Part shown: piece by piece, positions 23,890 to 33,237 of the stretch
Layout: each line of letters opens with the position of its first letter
How positions within the stretch are numbered: position 1 is the first letter of the stretch
The notes under the pieces: model-generated
Seen by the model: only the letters and a program-made list of their open reading frames with translations
The model's database searches: none
What the model was told of the DNA's origin: nothing
Assembly (NCBI GenBank): GCA_043823645.1
Contig: JBDRAO010000024.1
Span: 1 to 48,704, forward strand
Direction: 5' to 3'
DNA from: a bacterium
Lineage (GTDB): Bacteria; Patescibacteriota; WWE3; JBDRAO01
DNA: 48,704 bases
Translations under genes and position numbers: made by a program

Positions 23890-24602
23890 CAATGGTGTGG
23901 TTGTACCCCAAACATCTTAATTTGTACGGCGATAGAGGCAATATTGAATGTCTCAAGCGGCGGCTTGAGTGGCGGGGACTCCAATATAAATTGGTAGAGT
24001 TTAATGTGGGAGATTCTCTCAAAAAACTTACAGGGGCAGACCTGTTTTTTGCCGGAGGCGGGCCGGATTCATTGCAAAGGGAGGTTTCAGCCGATGCCTT
24101 TCGCCTCAAACCGGCGCTTATAAAGGCGCAAGAGCAGGGCAGGGCCGGGCTCTTTATTTGCGGCTTTTACCAGCTTTTGGGGCGTTTCTACCGCCCCGCT
24201 GAAGGAGCCGACATCCCTGGTCTTGGTATCTTTGATTGCTACACCGAACACTTCGGGGCGCGGCGAAAGCGTTGTGTGGGAAATATTGTTACCACGCCCC
24301 TTATCCCTCTTAACCCCCTTACCCCCCTTGTTGGATTTGAAAACCACGAGGGCAGAACTTACCTATGTCCCACGGCCAAACCTCTAGCCAAAGTTCAACG
24401 GGGCTTTGGCAACAATGGCCAAGACAAGACCGAGGGGATCATTAAGGGAAATTTTGTGGGGACTTACTTACACGGCCCTCTTTTACCTAAAAACCCCCAC
24501 CTGGCCGATTGGCTATTGGCAAAAGCTTTGGGCGAAAAACTACCATTCCTAGACGACAAATTGGAGTGGCAGACACATACAAATGCTCTCAAACTCAAGT
24601 AA
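23886..24602 (+). CDS. gatD: Glutamine amidotransferase GatD (CobQ-like), partner of MurT
   Basis: LNLYGDRGNIECLKRRLEWRG, catalytic-Cys context ICGFYQLLG, GFENHEGRT and the His context GTYLHGP. Confidence 0.8.
   Translation: MTMVWLYPKHLNLYGDRGNIECLKRRLEWRGLQYKLVEFNVGDSLKKLTGADLFFAGGGPDSLQREVSADAFRLKPALIKAQEQGRAGLFICGFYQLLGRFYRPAEGADIPGLGIFDCYTEHFGARRKRCVGNIVTTPLIPLNPLTPLVGFENHEGRTYLCPTAKPLAKVQRGFGNNGQDKTEGIIKGNFVGTYLHGPLLPKNPHLADWLLAKALGEKLPFLDDKLEWQTHTNALKLK
24296..24330. repeat. Rep-A copy 2 (in frame in gatD; encodes PLIPLNPLTPL)
   Basis: gccccttatccctcttaacccccttacccccctt, immediately before the conserved GFENH motif. Confidence 0.65.
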
Positions 24603-25947
24603 CTTTTTCAAAAAAAACCTCAATGCGCCCAACTTGCTCTGTTTGCTGGTCTTTCTTTTGCCTCTGGGTACCGCCAAGCATTTTGTAGGCAGTTACTCCT
24701 ATATAAACGGCTACCTGGTGGATTATTTGGTGCCGGCTTTTTATGTCAGTGAGTTTCTGGTTTGGGGGGTAATAATTCAATTAGGAATTAAGAATTACGC
24801 CTGCCTGCCGGCAAGGCAGGAATTACGAATTAGAAGACCTCTCTGGCAGAAAAGGTTACTTACAAGCTTCGCAGTTTTGGTTTTTCTGGCAGTTAACTTT
24901 GCTCAGGCCGCAAACCCTATTGCCTGGGTCTATCGTGCCTACCGTTTGCTGGAGGCTTTTTTGCTTTTTAAGGCGGCTTCGGCGCTGTTAAAAGACAGCG
25001 CTGTTTTTAAACGCGTGGCCCTCTTTTTTGCCGGAGGGGTGCTTTGGGCCGGAGTTTTGGGTTTGGCGCAGTTTGTGCTCCAAAGGCCGCTTTTTGGTTA
25101 TTTGCCTTTGGGAGAGAGCCAATTCCAACTCTACAATCCGGCGGTGGCCAAAATTGAGCTTTGGGGCAAGGTACTGGTGCGAGCCTACAGCGGTTTTCCC
25201 CACCCGAATATCCTAGCGGGGTACTTGGTGGTGGGAGTTTTATTAACTCTGGAAACGCTAGTTTCCAGTCGTAAGCTTCCCCCGCCCGCCGCGCCTGAGC
25301 GCAGCGATGGCGGGCGCGGTAGGAGACTTAAGTTACCTAGGTTTCCTAGGTTACTTACGAGCTTCGTAGGGGTTACTTTGGTGGTAGGGGTGGTAGCGCT
25401 TGTGGCAACTTTTTCACGGACAGGGGTGGTGGCTTTGGTAGTGGGAGTTTTGCTGTGGTTGTGTTATAGGTCCTATAAGACCCATAAGACCTATGTCGCA
25501 ATTGCTGGGGTACTTTTGCTACTGTTGGTGGGGCTAGCTCTAACCCCCCGCTTTGCAGAAAGCCTTACGGAGCGGGTGAGCCTAGCCAAAATGGCTTTTG
25601 AAGTTTGGGCCAGGCATCCCATTATTGGCGTCGGGCTTAACAGTTTCTCAAACTTTACAGCTCCTTTTAAGTTCCAACCGGTACACAATATCTTTCTTTT
25701 GATCTTTTCAGAAGCCGGCCTTTTGGGGGGTGTTTTATTTTTGGGTTTTCTTGCAAAAATCTTGCGGCGGGTAGTATTTCCCGCCGGACTAATGCTTATT
25801 CCTTTGCTTTTTTTCGGGCTTTTTGACCACTTTTTACTCACTACTTATCAGGGAATCACTCTTGGTAGTTTGACGCTGGCAATGGTTGTGACATATACTA
25901 AATACAATGGCAGAACAGATACAGGCGGCTCCTCCAAAACCGTTTGA
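24583..25947 (+). CDS. O-antigen ligase/polymerase-like (Wzy_C) membrane protein
   Basis: 454 aa, polytopic. FSRTGVVALVVGVLL and GVGLNSFSNF are typical of the O-antigen-ligase family loop. Carries several repeat insertions. Confidence 0.6.
   Translation: MLSNSSNFFKKNLNAPNLLCLLVFLLPLGTAKHFVGSYSYINGYLVDYLVPAFYVSEFLVWGVIIQLGIKNYACLPARQELRIRRPLWQKRLLTSFAVLVFLAVNFAQAANPIAWVYRAYRLLEAFLLFKAASALLKDSAVFKRVALFFAGGVLWAGVLGLAQFVLQRPLFGYLPLGESQFQLYNPAVAKIELWGKVLVRAYSGFPHPNILAGYLVVGVLLTLETLVSSRKLPPPAAPERSDGGRGRRLKLPRFPRLLTSFVGVTLVVGVVALVATFSRTGVVALVVGVLLWLCYRSYKTHKTYVAIAGVLLLLLVGLALTPRFAESLTERVSLAKMAFEVWARHPIIGVGLNSFSNFTAPFKFQPVHNIFLLIFSEAGLLGGVLFLGFLAKILRRVVFPAGLMLIPLLFFGLFDHFLLTTYQGITLGSLTLAMVVTYTKYNGRTDTGGSSKTV
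24786..24833. repeat. Composite Rep-D arm + Rep-C GC palindrome + Rep-D arm, in frame in the O-antigen ligase
   Basis: aattaagaattacg-cctgcctgccggcaaggcagg-aattacgaattag encodes IKNYACLPARQELRIR. Confidence 0.7.
25465..25494. repeat. Rep-B copy 2 (ataggtcctataagacccataagacctat), in frame (YRSYKTHKTY)
   Basis: Terminal inverted arms ataggtc/gacctat. Same family as 9751-9789 and 37993-38026. Confidence 0.65.
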
Positions 25948-27244
25948 TTTTAAAAAAATCCTGGCTCTTTTGGGTTTACTGGCAGTTTTGGGAGTGGTGT
26001 TTTTAGTTGTTTCCAAGGGCAACTTTGAGCTTTTGGGTACCAAAAAACCAGCCGGCGGAGAGGTTGTTTTGGAATATTGGGGCCTCTTTGAACCGGAAAG
26101 CATTTTTGCGGGAGTAATTGAGGCTTATGAAGAAGATCACCCCACGGTAACTATCAACTACACCCAAAAGACTTTTACTGATCTTGACCAGTATAAAACC
26201 ACCCTTGAGATTAGAAGCCAGCAGGGTACCGGGCCGGACATTTTTCGCCTGCACGCTTCTTGGGTGCCGGAGCTAACCAATATTATTACCCCCGCCCCCA
26301 AAGAAATTATGACTGCCGGACAATTTAGAGACATTTTCTACCCGGTGGCGTATGACAATTTGGTTTTCAATGACTCCATTTACGCCATCCCTCTAATGTA
26401 CGATGGCTTGGCCCTGTTTTATGATCCGGTGCGGTTTGAGGCGGCTAACTTGGACCCCCCAGAAACTTGGGAGCAGTTTCGCGAGGCGGCCGTGCTTTTA
26501 ACTGAAAAGGACGCCGTCGCCAAAAAAATAATAAGAAGCGGGGCCGCTTTGGGAGTGGGTTCCAATGTGGCGCATGCCTCGGACATTTTTGGGTTAATGC
26601 TGGCTCAAAATGGAGTGGCCTACCCGGACGATCTGGACACCAAAAAGGCGGAAGATGTCTTAACTTATTATGCGCTTTATAACACCACCGATAAGGTTTG
26701 GGATGCCTCTTTTCCCAATTCCCTGCAAGCCTTTGCCAACGGCCAGACCGCCATGATTTTGGCGCCCTCTTGGCGCTCGTTTGACATTTTAAGCTATAAC
26801 CCGCGGCTTAATTTTGAGGTGGCGCCGGTGCCACAAATTCCTATGCTTGAGGAGCGCTATGGCCGGGTGGGTTGGGCCTCATTTTGGGCTGAGAGTGTCT
26901 CCTCCAAAAGTGCCCACCCCCAAGAGGCCTGGGAGTTTATAAAATATCTATCCAGTAAAGAAGTTCAGCAAAAGCTTTATGCCGCAGAGGCGGTCTTGCG
27001 TCCCTTTGGGGAGTTTTACTCAAGGCGCGATCTAAAAGAGGCTCTTATGGGGGATTCACGGGCCAGGGCTTTTATACTTGACGCCGATGTGGCGGTGATG
27101 TGGCCCATTGTGGATAATGCCGGCCAGGCGGAAAATGTGGCGGCGGTAGTCACGGCTCTCGACTCTTTGCAAAAAAATATTTCTGAAAGCTCGGCCGCCA
27201 AGACCCTTAAAGCCAAACTTACCGGTGTGCCGTTAGAGGAGTAG
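25907..27244 (+). CDS. Extracellular solute-binding protein (ABC-type, family 1), orphan
   Basis: 445 aa. N-terminal membrane anchor and a periplasmic-binding-protein-like pattern (YEEDHPTVTINYT...IFRLHASWVPE...YDGLALFY). No permease or ATPase is adjacent. Confidence 0.6.
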   Translation: MAEQIQAAPPKPFDFKKILALLGLLAVLGVVFLVVSKGNFELLGTKKPAGGEVVLEYWGLFEPESIFAGVIEAYEEDHPTVTINYTQKTFTDLDQYKTTLEIRSQQGTGPDIFRLHASWVPELTNIITPAPKEIMTAGQFRDIFYPVAYDNLVFNDSIYAIPLMYDGLALFYDPVRFEAANLDPPETWEQFREAAVLLTEKDAVAKKIIRSGAALGVGSNVAHASDIFGLMLAQNGVAYPDDLDTKKAEDVLTYYALYNTTDKVWDASFPNSLQAFANGQTAMILAPSWRSFDILSYNPRLNFEVAPVPQIPMLEERYGRVGWASFWAESVSSKSAHPQEAWEFIKYLSSKEVQQKLYAAEAVLRPFGEFYSRRDLKEALMGDSRARAFILDADVAVMWPIVDNAGQAENVAAVVTALDSLQKNISESSAAKTLKAKLTGVPLEE

Positions 27245-27246
27245 TC

Positions 27247-28881
27247 TCAGGAATTCAATCCATTTTGAGGAAAGACCCCCTGTTTTTTGAAATATTGGGC
27301 AATAAGGGCCAGCTGGGGAATATTAAGCTTTAGGGAAATAAGAATATAAACCCCAAGACCTGCCAGAGTGGTTAGGCCGGTTAAAACCAAAAGCCCCCAA
27401 ACACGAGTGGTATCCAGCACCAAAGCATCCAGCAATTTTAGCGGTAAAAAGAGGCTCACCCCCATAAAAAATGCCGCCACCCCAATACTAAACACCGGTT
27501 TTAAAAAAGCCGGCCTTTCAAATTTGTGAAGTTTCCTATCAAGCATTATTATTAGTAAGCCTGCATTGACAATAGAGGCAATAGAACAAGAAAGAGCCAA
27601 AGACCAAACTGGCAATTTTAACCCCAAAACAAACAAAACGCTCAAAAGAGAATTAATAACAATGGAGACAATGCCGGCCTTAGTGGGAGTTTTAGTGTCT
27701 CCCAGGGCGTAAAAAGCCCTTGCCAAAAGGTAGGCGCTCCCTTGAGCCACAATAGAAATGGCAAAAAAGCTCAGAGTATAGGCAGTTTGCAGGGTGGCTT
27801 CCCAATTAAATCGCGCCGCTCCAAAGACCAGCCGTGTTAGGGGAATTCTTAAAACTAAAAGCAAGACGGCAAAAGGGGCTGTTAAAAAAAGCAGTTGGTG
27901 AAAAAGCCTTTGAAAGGTAATTTTAAATTGGGTAATATTGCCGGCATCTTTGGAAAGTTTGGGAAGAGCCGCTTGGGCAATACTGGCGCCAAAAAGGCTC
28001 ACTGGCAGAACTTGCAAGTGCTGGGCAAAGTTAAAATAAATAAGAGCCGAGGCAGAAATAAATGAGGCCAAAATAATATCTACCGTGTAGTCAATTTGGG
28101 CCACCGATTGTCCCAAAAGCCGCGGTAGGGTGAGTTTGGCAATCTTTACCACCTGAGTGTTTTTAAGGTCAAGGGATATTTTGGGCCGCCAACCCAAACG
28201 AAGCGCCGGGTAAAGCTGGACTAAGAAATGAAGAAAAGTACCCAAGACCACTCCCCAGGCAGGGCCAAAAATCCCCAGGCTGGGCGTTAAAAATAAAATA
28301 CCAGCAATAATGCCTAAATTGTAAAAAATGGGAGCCAGGGCGGTGGTTAAAAAAGCCTCCATTGACTGCAAAATACCGCTTAGAAAATTGCTTAAGACGA
28401 AAAAAATCTGAGCCAGGGTGATAATAACAGTAATCTGAGCCAGCAGAGATTTTTGCGCGTCTGTAAATCCTGGAGCAATGAGACCAGCTAAAGGTTTGGC
28501 AAAAATAATTACCAAAGCGGCTGTACCAGCAAACAATAAGAGAGCCCAACTAAGGGAAACATTGGCTGTTTTCCAGGCTTTTTTATAATCTTTCTCACCC
28601 AGGAGCTTAGAAAAAACCGGTATAAAGGCGGAGGACAAGGCTCCCATAATTAAAAGCTGAAAAACCAAATCGGGAATTCTAAAGGCGGCAAAATAAACTC
28701 CCAAGACATCGTCGGAGCCAAAGCGGGCCGCCAAGGCCCTATCGCGCAAAAGACCTAAAACCTTAGAAAAAGCCACCGCTGTAATCAGGGTGGCCGCCGC
28801 GGCCGCAACACTTTGTTTTTTAGTGGAAAATTTATCTAAAATCACTCTCTCTATTAAATACCGCCCTTTCCTTTTTTTCAA
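27247..28881 (-). CDS. murJ: Lipid II flippase MurJ
   Basis: 544 aa with about 14 TM helices. The N-terminal KVLGLLRDRALAARFG and FFAISIVAQG patterns are typical of MurJ/MviN. Confidence 0.8.
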   Translation of the reverse strand: MKKRKGRYLIERVILDKFSTKKQSVAAAAATLITAVAFSKVLGLLRDRALAARFGSDDVLGVYFAAFRIPDLVFQLLIMGALSSAFIPVFSKLLGEKDYKKAWKTANVSLSWALLLFAGTAALVIIFAKPLAGLIAPGFTDAQKSLLAQITVIITLAQIFFVLSNFLSGILQSMEAFLTTALAPIFYNLGIIAGILFLTPSLGIFGPAWGVVLGTFLHFLVQLYPALRLGWRPKISLDLKNTQVVKIAKLTLPRLLGQSVAQIDYTVDIILASFISASALIYFNFAQHLQVLPVSLFGASIAQAALPKLSKDAGNITQFKITFQRLFHQLLFLTAPFAVLLLVLRIPLTRLVFGAARFNWEATLQTAYTLSFFAISIVAQGSAYLLARAFYALGDTKTPTKAGIVSIVINSLLSVLFVLGLKLPVWSLALSCSIASIVNAGLLIIMLDRKLHKFERPAFLKPVFSIGVAAFFMGVSLFLPLKLLDALVLDTTRVWGLLVLTGLTTLAGLGVYILISLKLNIPQLALIAQYFKKQGVFPQNGLNS

Positions 28882-28904
28882 CCATATGCTAAAGTAAAGT
28901 TCAT

Positions 28905-29126
28905 ATGGCTCAAAAAAAATCGGCTCTCAAAAAGACTCGCCATGATGCCAAGGTGGGCGCCCAAAACAAGATCATTAAAAAGAATCTTAAAAGGCTTTTA
29001 AAAAAAGCCGTTAAAAAAGATGTCAGTCTGGCTTACAAAAAGCTGGATAAAGCGGCCAAAAGAGGCATTATCCACCAAAATAAAGCCAGTCGTTTAAAGT
29101 CTAGACTGGCAAAAAAGCTAAAATAA
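28905..29126 (+). CDS. rpsT: 30S ribosomal protein S20
   Basis: 73 aa, basic. MAQKKSALKKTRHDAKV...IHQNKASRLKSRL. Confidence 0.9.
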   Translation: MAQKKSALKKTRHDAKVGAQNKIIKKNLKRLLKKAVKKDVSLAYKKLDKAAKRGIIHQNKASRLKSRLAKKLK

Positions 29127-29132
29127 TTCCCC

Positions 29133-29660
29133 ATGCCCCAAATGAAACCGGCCATTAATTTATACGAGGAAGCTTCTCTTGAAAAGCAGGCTCCTAAAAG
29201 TAAAGCCTTAAATTGGCTGGCCACTTTTGGCAAGACTATTATTATTGGGGTTAATTTTGTGACCATTGGCGCTTTTGTATTTAGAGTGGTGGTCGATCAG
29301 AAAAGATTGGATTTAAAAGAGAAGGTGATGACGCAAGAGCGAGTCTTGCTGGCCAACCAGTCTTTTGAAAATGATTTCCGCATTATGCAGGAAAAAGTAA
29401 ACCTTTTGAAGGAATTTTCAACCCAGAGTGTCTTAACGGAAAGATTAAATCTTATAGAGCAGAGTATGCCAGAAAGTGTGGTGAGCCAAAGCTTTGATTT
29501 AGATCAAAAGACTGTGGTAGTAAAGGCAGAGTCGGCCAGTGGGACGGCCCTTTCGGTCATGGCGGCCAATCTACTGGATGGGGGCGCCCAAGATTTTATC
29601 TTAAAAGAGGCGCGGTTTAGTCCGGAAGGTTTTGCGGTGGCTTTTCAGATAACATTTTAA
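29133..29660 (+). CDS. PilN-like bitopic protein
   Basis: A short N-terminus with INLY (compare the PilN INLLP motif), one TM helix, a coiled coil, then an alpha/beta tail. The assignment rests on architecture. Confidence 0.35.
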   Translation: MPQMKPAINLYEEASLEKQAPKSKALNWLATFGKTIIIGVNFVTIGAFVFRVVVDQKRLDLKEKVMTQERVLLANQSFENDFRIMQEKVNLLKEFSTQSVLTERLNLIEQSMPESVVSQSFDLDQKTVVVKAESASGTALSVMAANLLDGGAQDFILKEARFSPEGFAVAFQITF

Positions 29661-29663
29661 ACT

Positions 29664-30239
29664 ATGTCTAATCCTTATTACTTTTATTATGGCAAATATT
29701 TACGACCCTTTGTAAGAAAGGAGCCTCAAAAAACTTATACAGTGGCAGTAATGTCACTGCTAACAGTGATGCTTTTTGGCGTCTTTGCCATTGCCCCCAC
29801 GGTTAAAAGCATTTTAAAAGCCTCCGATGAGCTAACCAGGCTTTCCGAGCTTTCTGCCAATTTGAATATTAAAATTGAAAATGTTCAAAAGGCGCGGCTT
29901 TTATATGCCCAGGCTAAACCTTTTGAAGAGGCGCTGGACAGCCAAATTTATGTCTTTGAAGGTTGGGGCCGGGCGGTGGGAGATATTACCGCTTTGGCCA
30001 ATGAGGCCTCTTTGGCGGTTGCTGTGGTAGATCCGGGGCTAATTATTAACAATGAGGGTTTTTTGCAAGTTAAGCTCTCCGGCGCCTACCTTGATATTGA
30101 GCTTTTTTTGGAAGGGCTCACCAAGAAACACCGTAATTATAGTTTAGATAAACTGGTTTTGGAAAAAAATGAGGATAATTCTAACCTAGATGAGAGTCAG
30201 GTTGAGGCTGAAGTTTTGCTAAAGGTTCTGTTCCTTTAA
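29664..30239 (+). CDS. PilO-like bitopic protein
   Basis: Same N-in/TM/coiled-coil/globular layout. Tightly coupled to the previous gene. Confidence 0.3.
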   Translation: MSNPYYFYYGKYLRPFVRKEPQKTYTVAVMSLLTVMLFGVFAIAPTVKSILKASDELTRLSELSANLNIKIENVQKARLLYAQAKPFEEALDSQIYVFEGWGRAVGDITALANEASLAVAVVDPGLIINNEGFLQVKLSGAYLDIELFLEGLTKKHRNYSLDKLVLEKNEDNSNLDESQVEAEVLLKVLFL

Positions 30240-30241
30240 GT

Positions 30242-30418
30242 ATGTCACGAGATTTTTTGCTAGTTTTAATATTAATATTTTTTACCGGTTTGGCGGTGGG
30301 TGGTATTAGCCTTATAAGGCCGAAAGATTTGGATGAGTCTTTGGTAGATTCAAATAAGGAAGTTTATCTTCCCCTGGATCCAACCCTTGACATAGACTTT
30401 ATAAAAAGTCTATACTAG
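30242..30418 (+). CDS. Small membrane protein (58 aa, below the ORF-track cutoff)
   Basis: ATG 30242 lies 2 nt after the previous stop. MSRDFLLVLILIFFTGLAVGGISLIRPKDL...IKSLY*, with one TM helix. Fills the operon gap exactly. Confidence 0.4.
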   Translation: MSRDFLLVLILIFFTGLAVGGISLIRPKDLDESLVDSNKEVYLPLDPTLDIDFIKSLY

Positions 30419-30427
30419 GTTCGTATT

Positions 30428-33163
30428 ATGAAAACCTTCCTGCTTAGGCCCTCAATTATTAAAGAAACCAAACGAACTCTGGGCGCTTTGGGCCTTTTGA
30501 CCCTCATTATTACTATTCCCATTACCACCTTGGCAGTGCTTAATACCAGAAATTATGTTACTAAACAAAAAGCGGCCGGTGAGGCTTTTTCAGATTATAG
30601 AACCTATGAGTTTGAGGCGGGGGGGCAAAAATATTTGAATTACAGTTTTTTGGAAAATGACGGGGTAACTTCTTGGGAGATGAATTGTCCCATGGGTGAC
30701 GGTGGCGTGGATTGGGGCAGTTGTACCGAAATTGCGCCCAACGATTTAAGCTGGGTGTCCGGCGCTCCCTTTTCGGGGTATCGCGCCTATGAGTTTGAGG
30801 CGGGGGGGCAAAAGCAGGTGAATTTTGGATTTTTGGAGCAGGCTGGCCTGAAGTCTTGGGAGATGAATTGTCCCTCGGGGGACAGTGGGGTTGATTTTTC
30901 CGCCTGTTCGGCTCTGGTGCCGGTGGATTTGAGTGGCCTTCCCGGAGCTCCCTTTACCAGCTACCGAGCCTATGAGTTTGAGGCCTTATCGGCAGGGGGC
31001 GAGGAACGGATCGCAGTTGTTACCTGGGGCGGACTTTCGGGAGAGCCCAATGTTTTAACCGCCAAGCCCGACGGCTCTGATCAGCAAATACTGTCCTATG
31101 TAGATGATGGGAAATTTGATAGCAACTACCTGTATGGAGGAGATGTTTGTGGGGATTATCTGTTTGTTTCTGGAGGAGCTTCGCCATCGTTGCACTCCGG
31201 TGATGTTTATAAGATTTCCTTATTGGATGGCTCTGTTACAAAGATTGTGTCTAGTGACCAGTTTGAGGGGAGTGCTTTGGGGTATGTTTCGGCTTCTCCT
31301 GATTGCTCCAAAATCTCATTTACGGTGGACACGGATAGTTTTGGCCGTGAAATTTTCATGACCACTGCCGAGGGCAGTAATGTTGTAAACATTACCCACG
31401 CCACATCCGGCTCCCAAAGTTTCCCTGTGTTTTTGAGCAGTAATGAAATTGCCTACAAAAGCAATCGGTTGGGCGGGGATGTGCTTGTAAAACAAAATGT
31501 TGATTCTGGGGCAGTCTCAACCATTGCCGACCTGTCTCCTTCGATCCTTGGTTATCTTGGTATTAACAGCGCCAGAGATAAGTTTGTGTTCTCTTTAGGG
31601 TTAACAGAAGATACCCAGGATATTTTTACTCTCAATGTTGATGGCACAAATTTGACCCAAGTTACAGCCACAGTAGAGGACGAAGAGAGGCCCAAGTTTG
31701 ATCAGGCCGGGGTAAAAATTTATTACAGAAGGCAGAGGCCAAGTAAGGCGTACAACCTTTACAGTATGAACTCCAACGGCTCAAACCAGACAGCGGTATT
31801 AACAAGCGACAGTATTGACTACATCCAAGCCACCTCCTACTTTGCAGGGTCGGGCGGTGCCACCCAAAAATACCTCAACTATGGCTTTATGAGCGCCACC
31901 GGCAATACTTCTTATGAAATGAACTGTCCCCTAGGTAGCGATGGGGTAGAGTGGGGGGAGTGCTCCTCTTTGGTACCGGTGGATTTGAGCGGAGTAACCG
32001 GAGCTCCTTTTACTGGCTACCGCGCTTACGAGTTTATGAGAGCCGGTCAGCAATATCTCAGTTACGGATTTCTTGAGGCAGGGGGGTTAACCTCGAGGGA
32101 AATGGAGTGTCCCATGGGTGCCAGTGGAGTTGACTGGGGGCAGTGCTCGGCTCTGGCGGCGGTGGATTTAACCGATATTATTCCCGCCCAGCCCAACCCT
32201 CCCTTGTGTACCATTACCGGCCCAACCAGCACGGTGGTGGGGCAGGCGGCCACCTGGAGCGCCACGGCCACAGTTCCCCTGGGCGGCGATGCCAATGTTG
32301 AGATAGATGTCAATGATCAGCGTTGGGTAGGGGGGGCTGGTCTCGAGAGAATTGCTTATTCTGATTGCGGTAATACCAACAGCACCTGCGCTGTTGAGGG
32401 GAGCTACACATTTGAGGAAGAGGGCACCCATTATGTTTTTTGTAGAGGGTATAACGACGGCCTAAGAGAGTGCCGTCCCTTTGGGCCTTATGAATACCCG
32501 GCCGATGTTGATTGCGGCCCCACAGATTATTTGACTGTTGCCGTTACCGCACCGGTCCAATATGATGGCTATTTTTGCGCCGAAAACAGTTGGGAGTGTC
32601 CTGCCCAACCCGATTGCGATACTGCCGGCAACAACATTGGTATCTGTTATTCCACCCGTGAGCAGTGCCTAACAAACTGTGTTGAGCCTGAAGGCGACTA
32701 TATCTATATCAAGTCTTCTATGCAAGGCAAGGCTTCCGGCAATTGGGATGGCCCTTGCTATTACTGGATAGACGATGCCGCTCATCCATGGAATTACCAA
32801 GCGGAGAAAGTGCCTGGACATCTTAGTGAGGCTGGAGAGGCAGTAGTTGATGTTTCTCCTTATAATCTTATTCCAGGTGTGGAATACTATTTTTCCCTTA
32901 AAGCTTACCAGCATATTCAGAAGGTGGTGTTGCTGTCTTACCAGCCGGGAATGGTGGTAGACTTTGGAGAGATGTTGGCTGGAGATGTGTATCTGCCCGA
33001 CGAGCAGGGAGCCCAGGATGGCGAGGTCAACAGCGCCGACTTTAGTAAAATTATTGAGAATTTGTGGAGCACCATAAAAGACTACTATGATTTAGACGGC
33101 AATGGAGAAATAAACTCCATTGATATGTCTTTAATTATTAGCAACTGGTTCAAGCGCGACTAG
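30428..33163 (+). CDS. Large secreted protein: novel Cys-pair repeats + PD40/TolB-like beta-propeller + Ig-like region + C-terminal dockerin
   Basis: 911 aa with an N-terminal TM/signal sequence. Five copies of a roughly 61-aa repeat (YRAYEFEAGGQK..NYGFLE..SWEMNCP.G..GVDW..CS.L.PVDLSG..GAPF). PD40-like strands (IFMTTAEGSNVVNITH; DIFTLNVDGTNLTQVT; YSMNSNGSNQTAVL). Dockerin segments DGEVNSADFS and DLDGNGEINSIDMS. Confidence 0.7.
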   Translation: MKTFLLRPSIIKETKRTLGALGLLTLIITIPITTLAVLNTRNYVTKQKAAGEAFSDYRTYEFEAGGQKYLNYSFLENDGVTSWEMNCPMGDGGVDWGSCTEIAPNDLSWVSGAPFSGYRAYEFEAGGQKQVNFGFLEQAGLKSWEMNCPSGDSGVDFSACSALVPVDLSGLPGAPFTSYRAYEFEALSAGGEERIAVVTWGGLSGEPNVLTAKPDGSDQQILSYVDDGKFDSNYLYGGDVCGDYLFVSGGASPSLHSGDVYKISLLDGSVTKIVSSDQFEGSALGYVSASPDCSKISFTVDTDSFGREIFMTTAEGSNVVNITHATSGSQSFPVFLSSNEIAYKSNRLGGDVLVKQNVDSGAVSTIADLSPSILGYLGINSARDKFVFSLGLTEDTQDIFTLNVDGTNLTQVTATVEDEERPKFDQAGVKIYYRRQRPSKAYNLYSMNSNGSNQTAVLTSDSIDYIQATSYFAGSGGATQKYLNYGFMSATGNTSYEMNCPLGSDGVEWGECSSLVPVDLSGVTGAPFTGYRAYEFMRAGQQYLSYGFLEAGGLTSREMECPMGASGVDWGQCSALAAVDLTDIIPAQPNPPLCTITGPTSTVVGQAATWSATATVPLGGDANVEIDVNDQRWVGGAGLERIAYSDCGNTNSTCAVEGSYTFEEEGTHYVFCRGYNDGLRECRPFGPYEYPADVDCGPTDYLTVAVTAPVQYDGYFCAENSWECPAQPDCDTAGNNIGICYSTREQCLTNCVEPEGDYIYIKSSMQGKASGNWDGPCYYWIDDAAHPWNYQAEKVPGHLSEAGEAVVDVSPYNLIPGVEYYFSLKAYQHIQKVVLLSYQPGMVVDFGEMLAGDVYLPDEQGAQDGEVNSADFSKIIENLWSTIKDYYDLDGNGEINSIDMSLIISNWFKRD

Positions 33164-33167
33164 TAGT

Positions 33168-33232
33168 CAATTAACAATTACGAGTTACAAATTACGAATG
33201 AATTAAAATCCTATGAATTATAATTCGTAATT
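33168..33232. repeat. Rep-D solo hairpin element
   Basis: caattaacaattacgagttacaaattacgaatga ... attcgtaatt. The left arm is about 90% identical by eye to 46307-46340 and 47438-47471. Confidence 0.7.
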
Positions 33233-33237
33233 AGATT

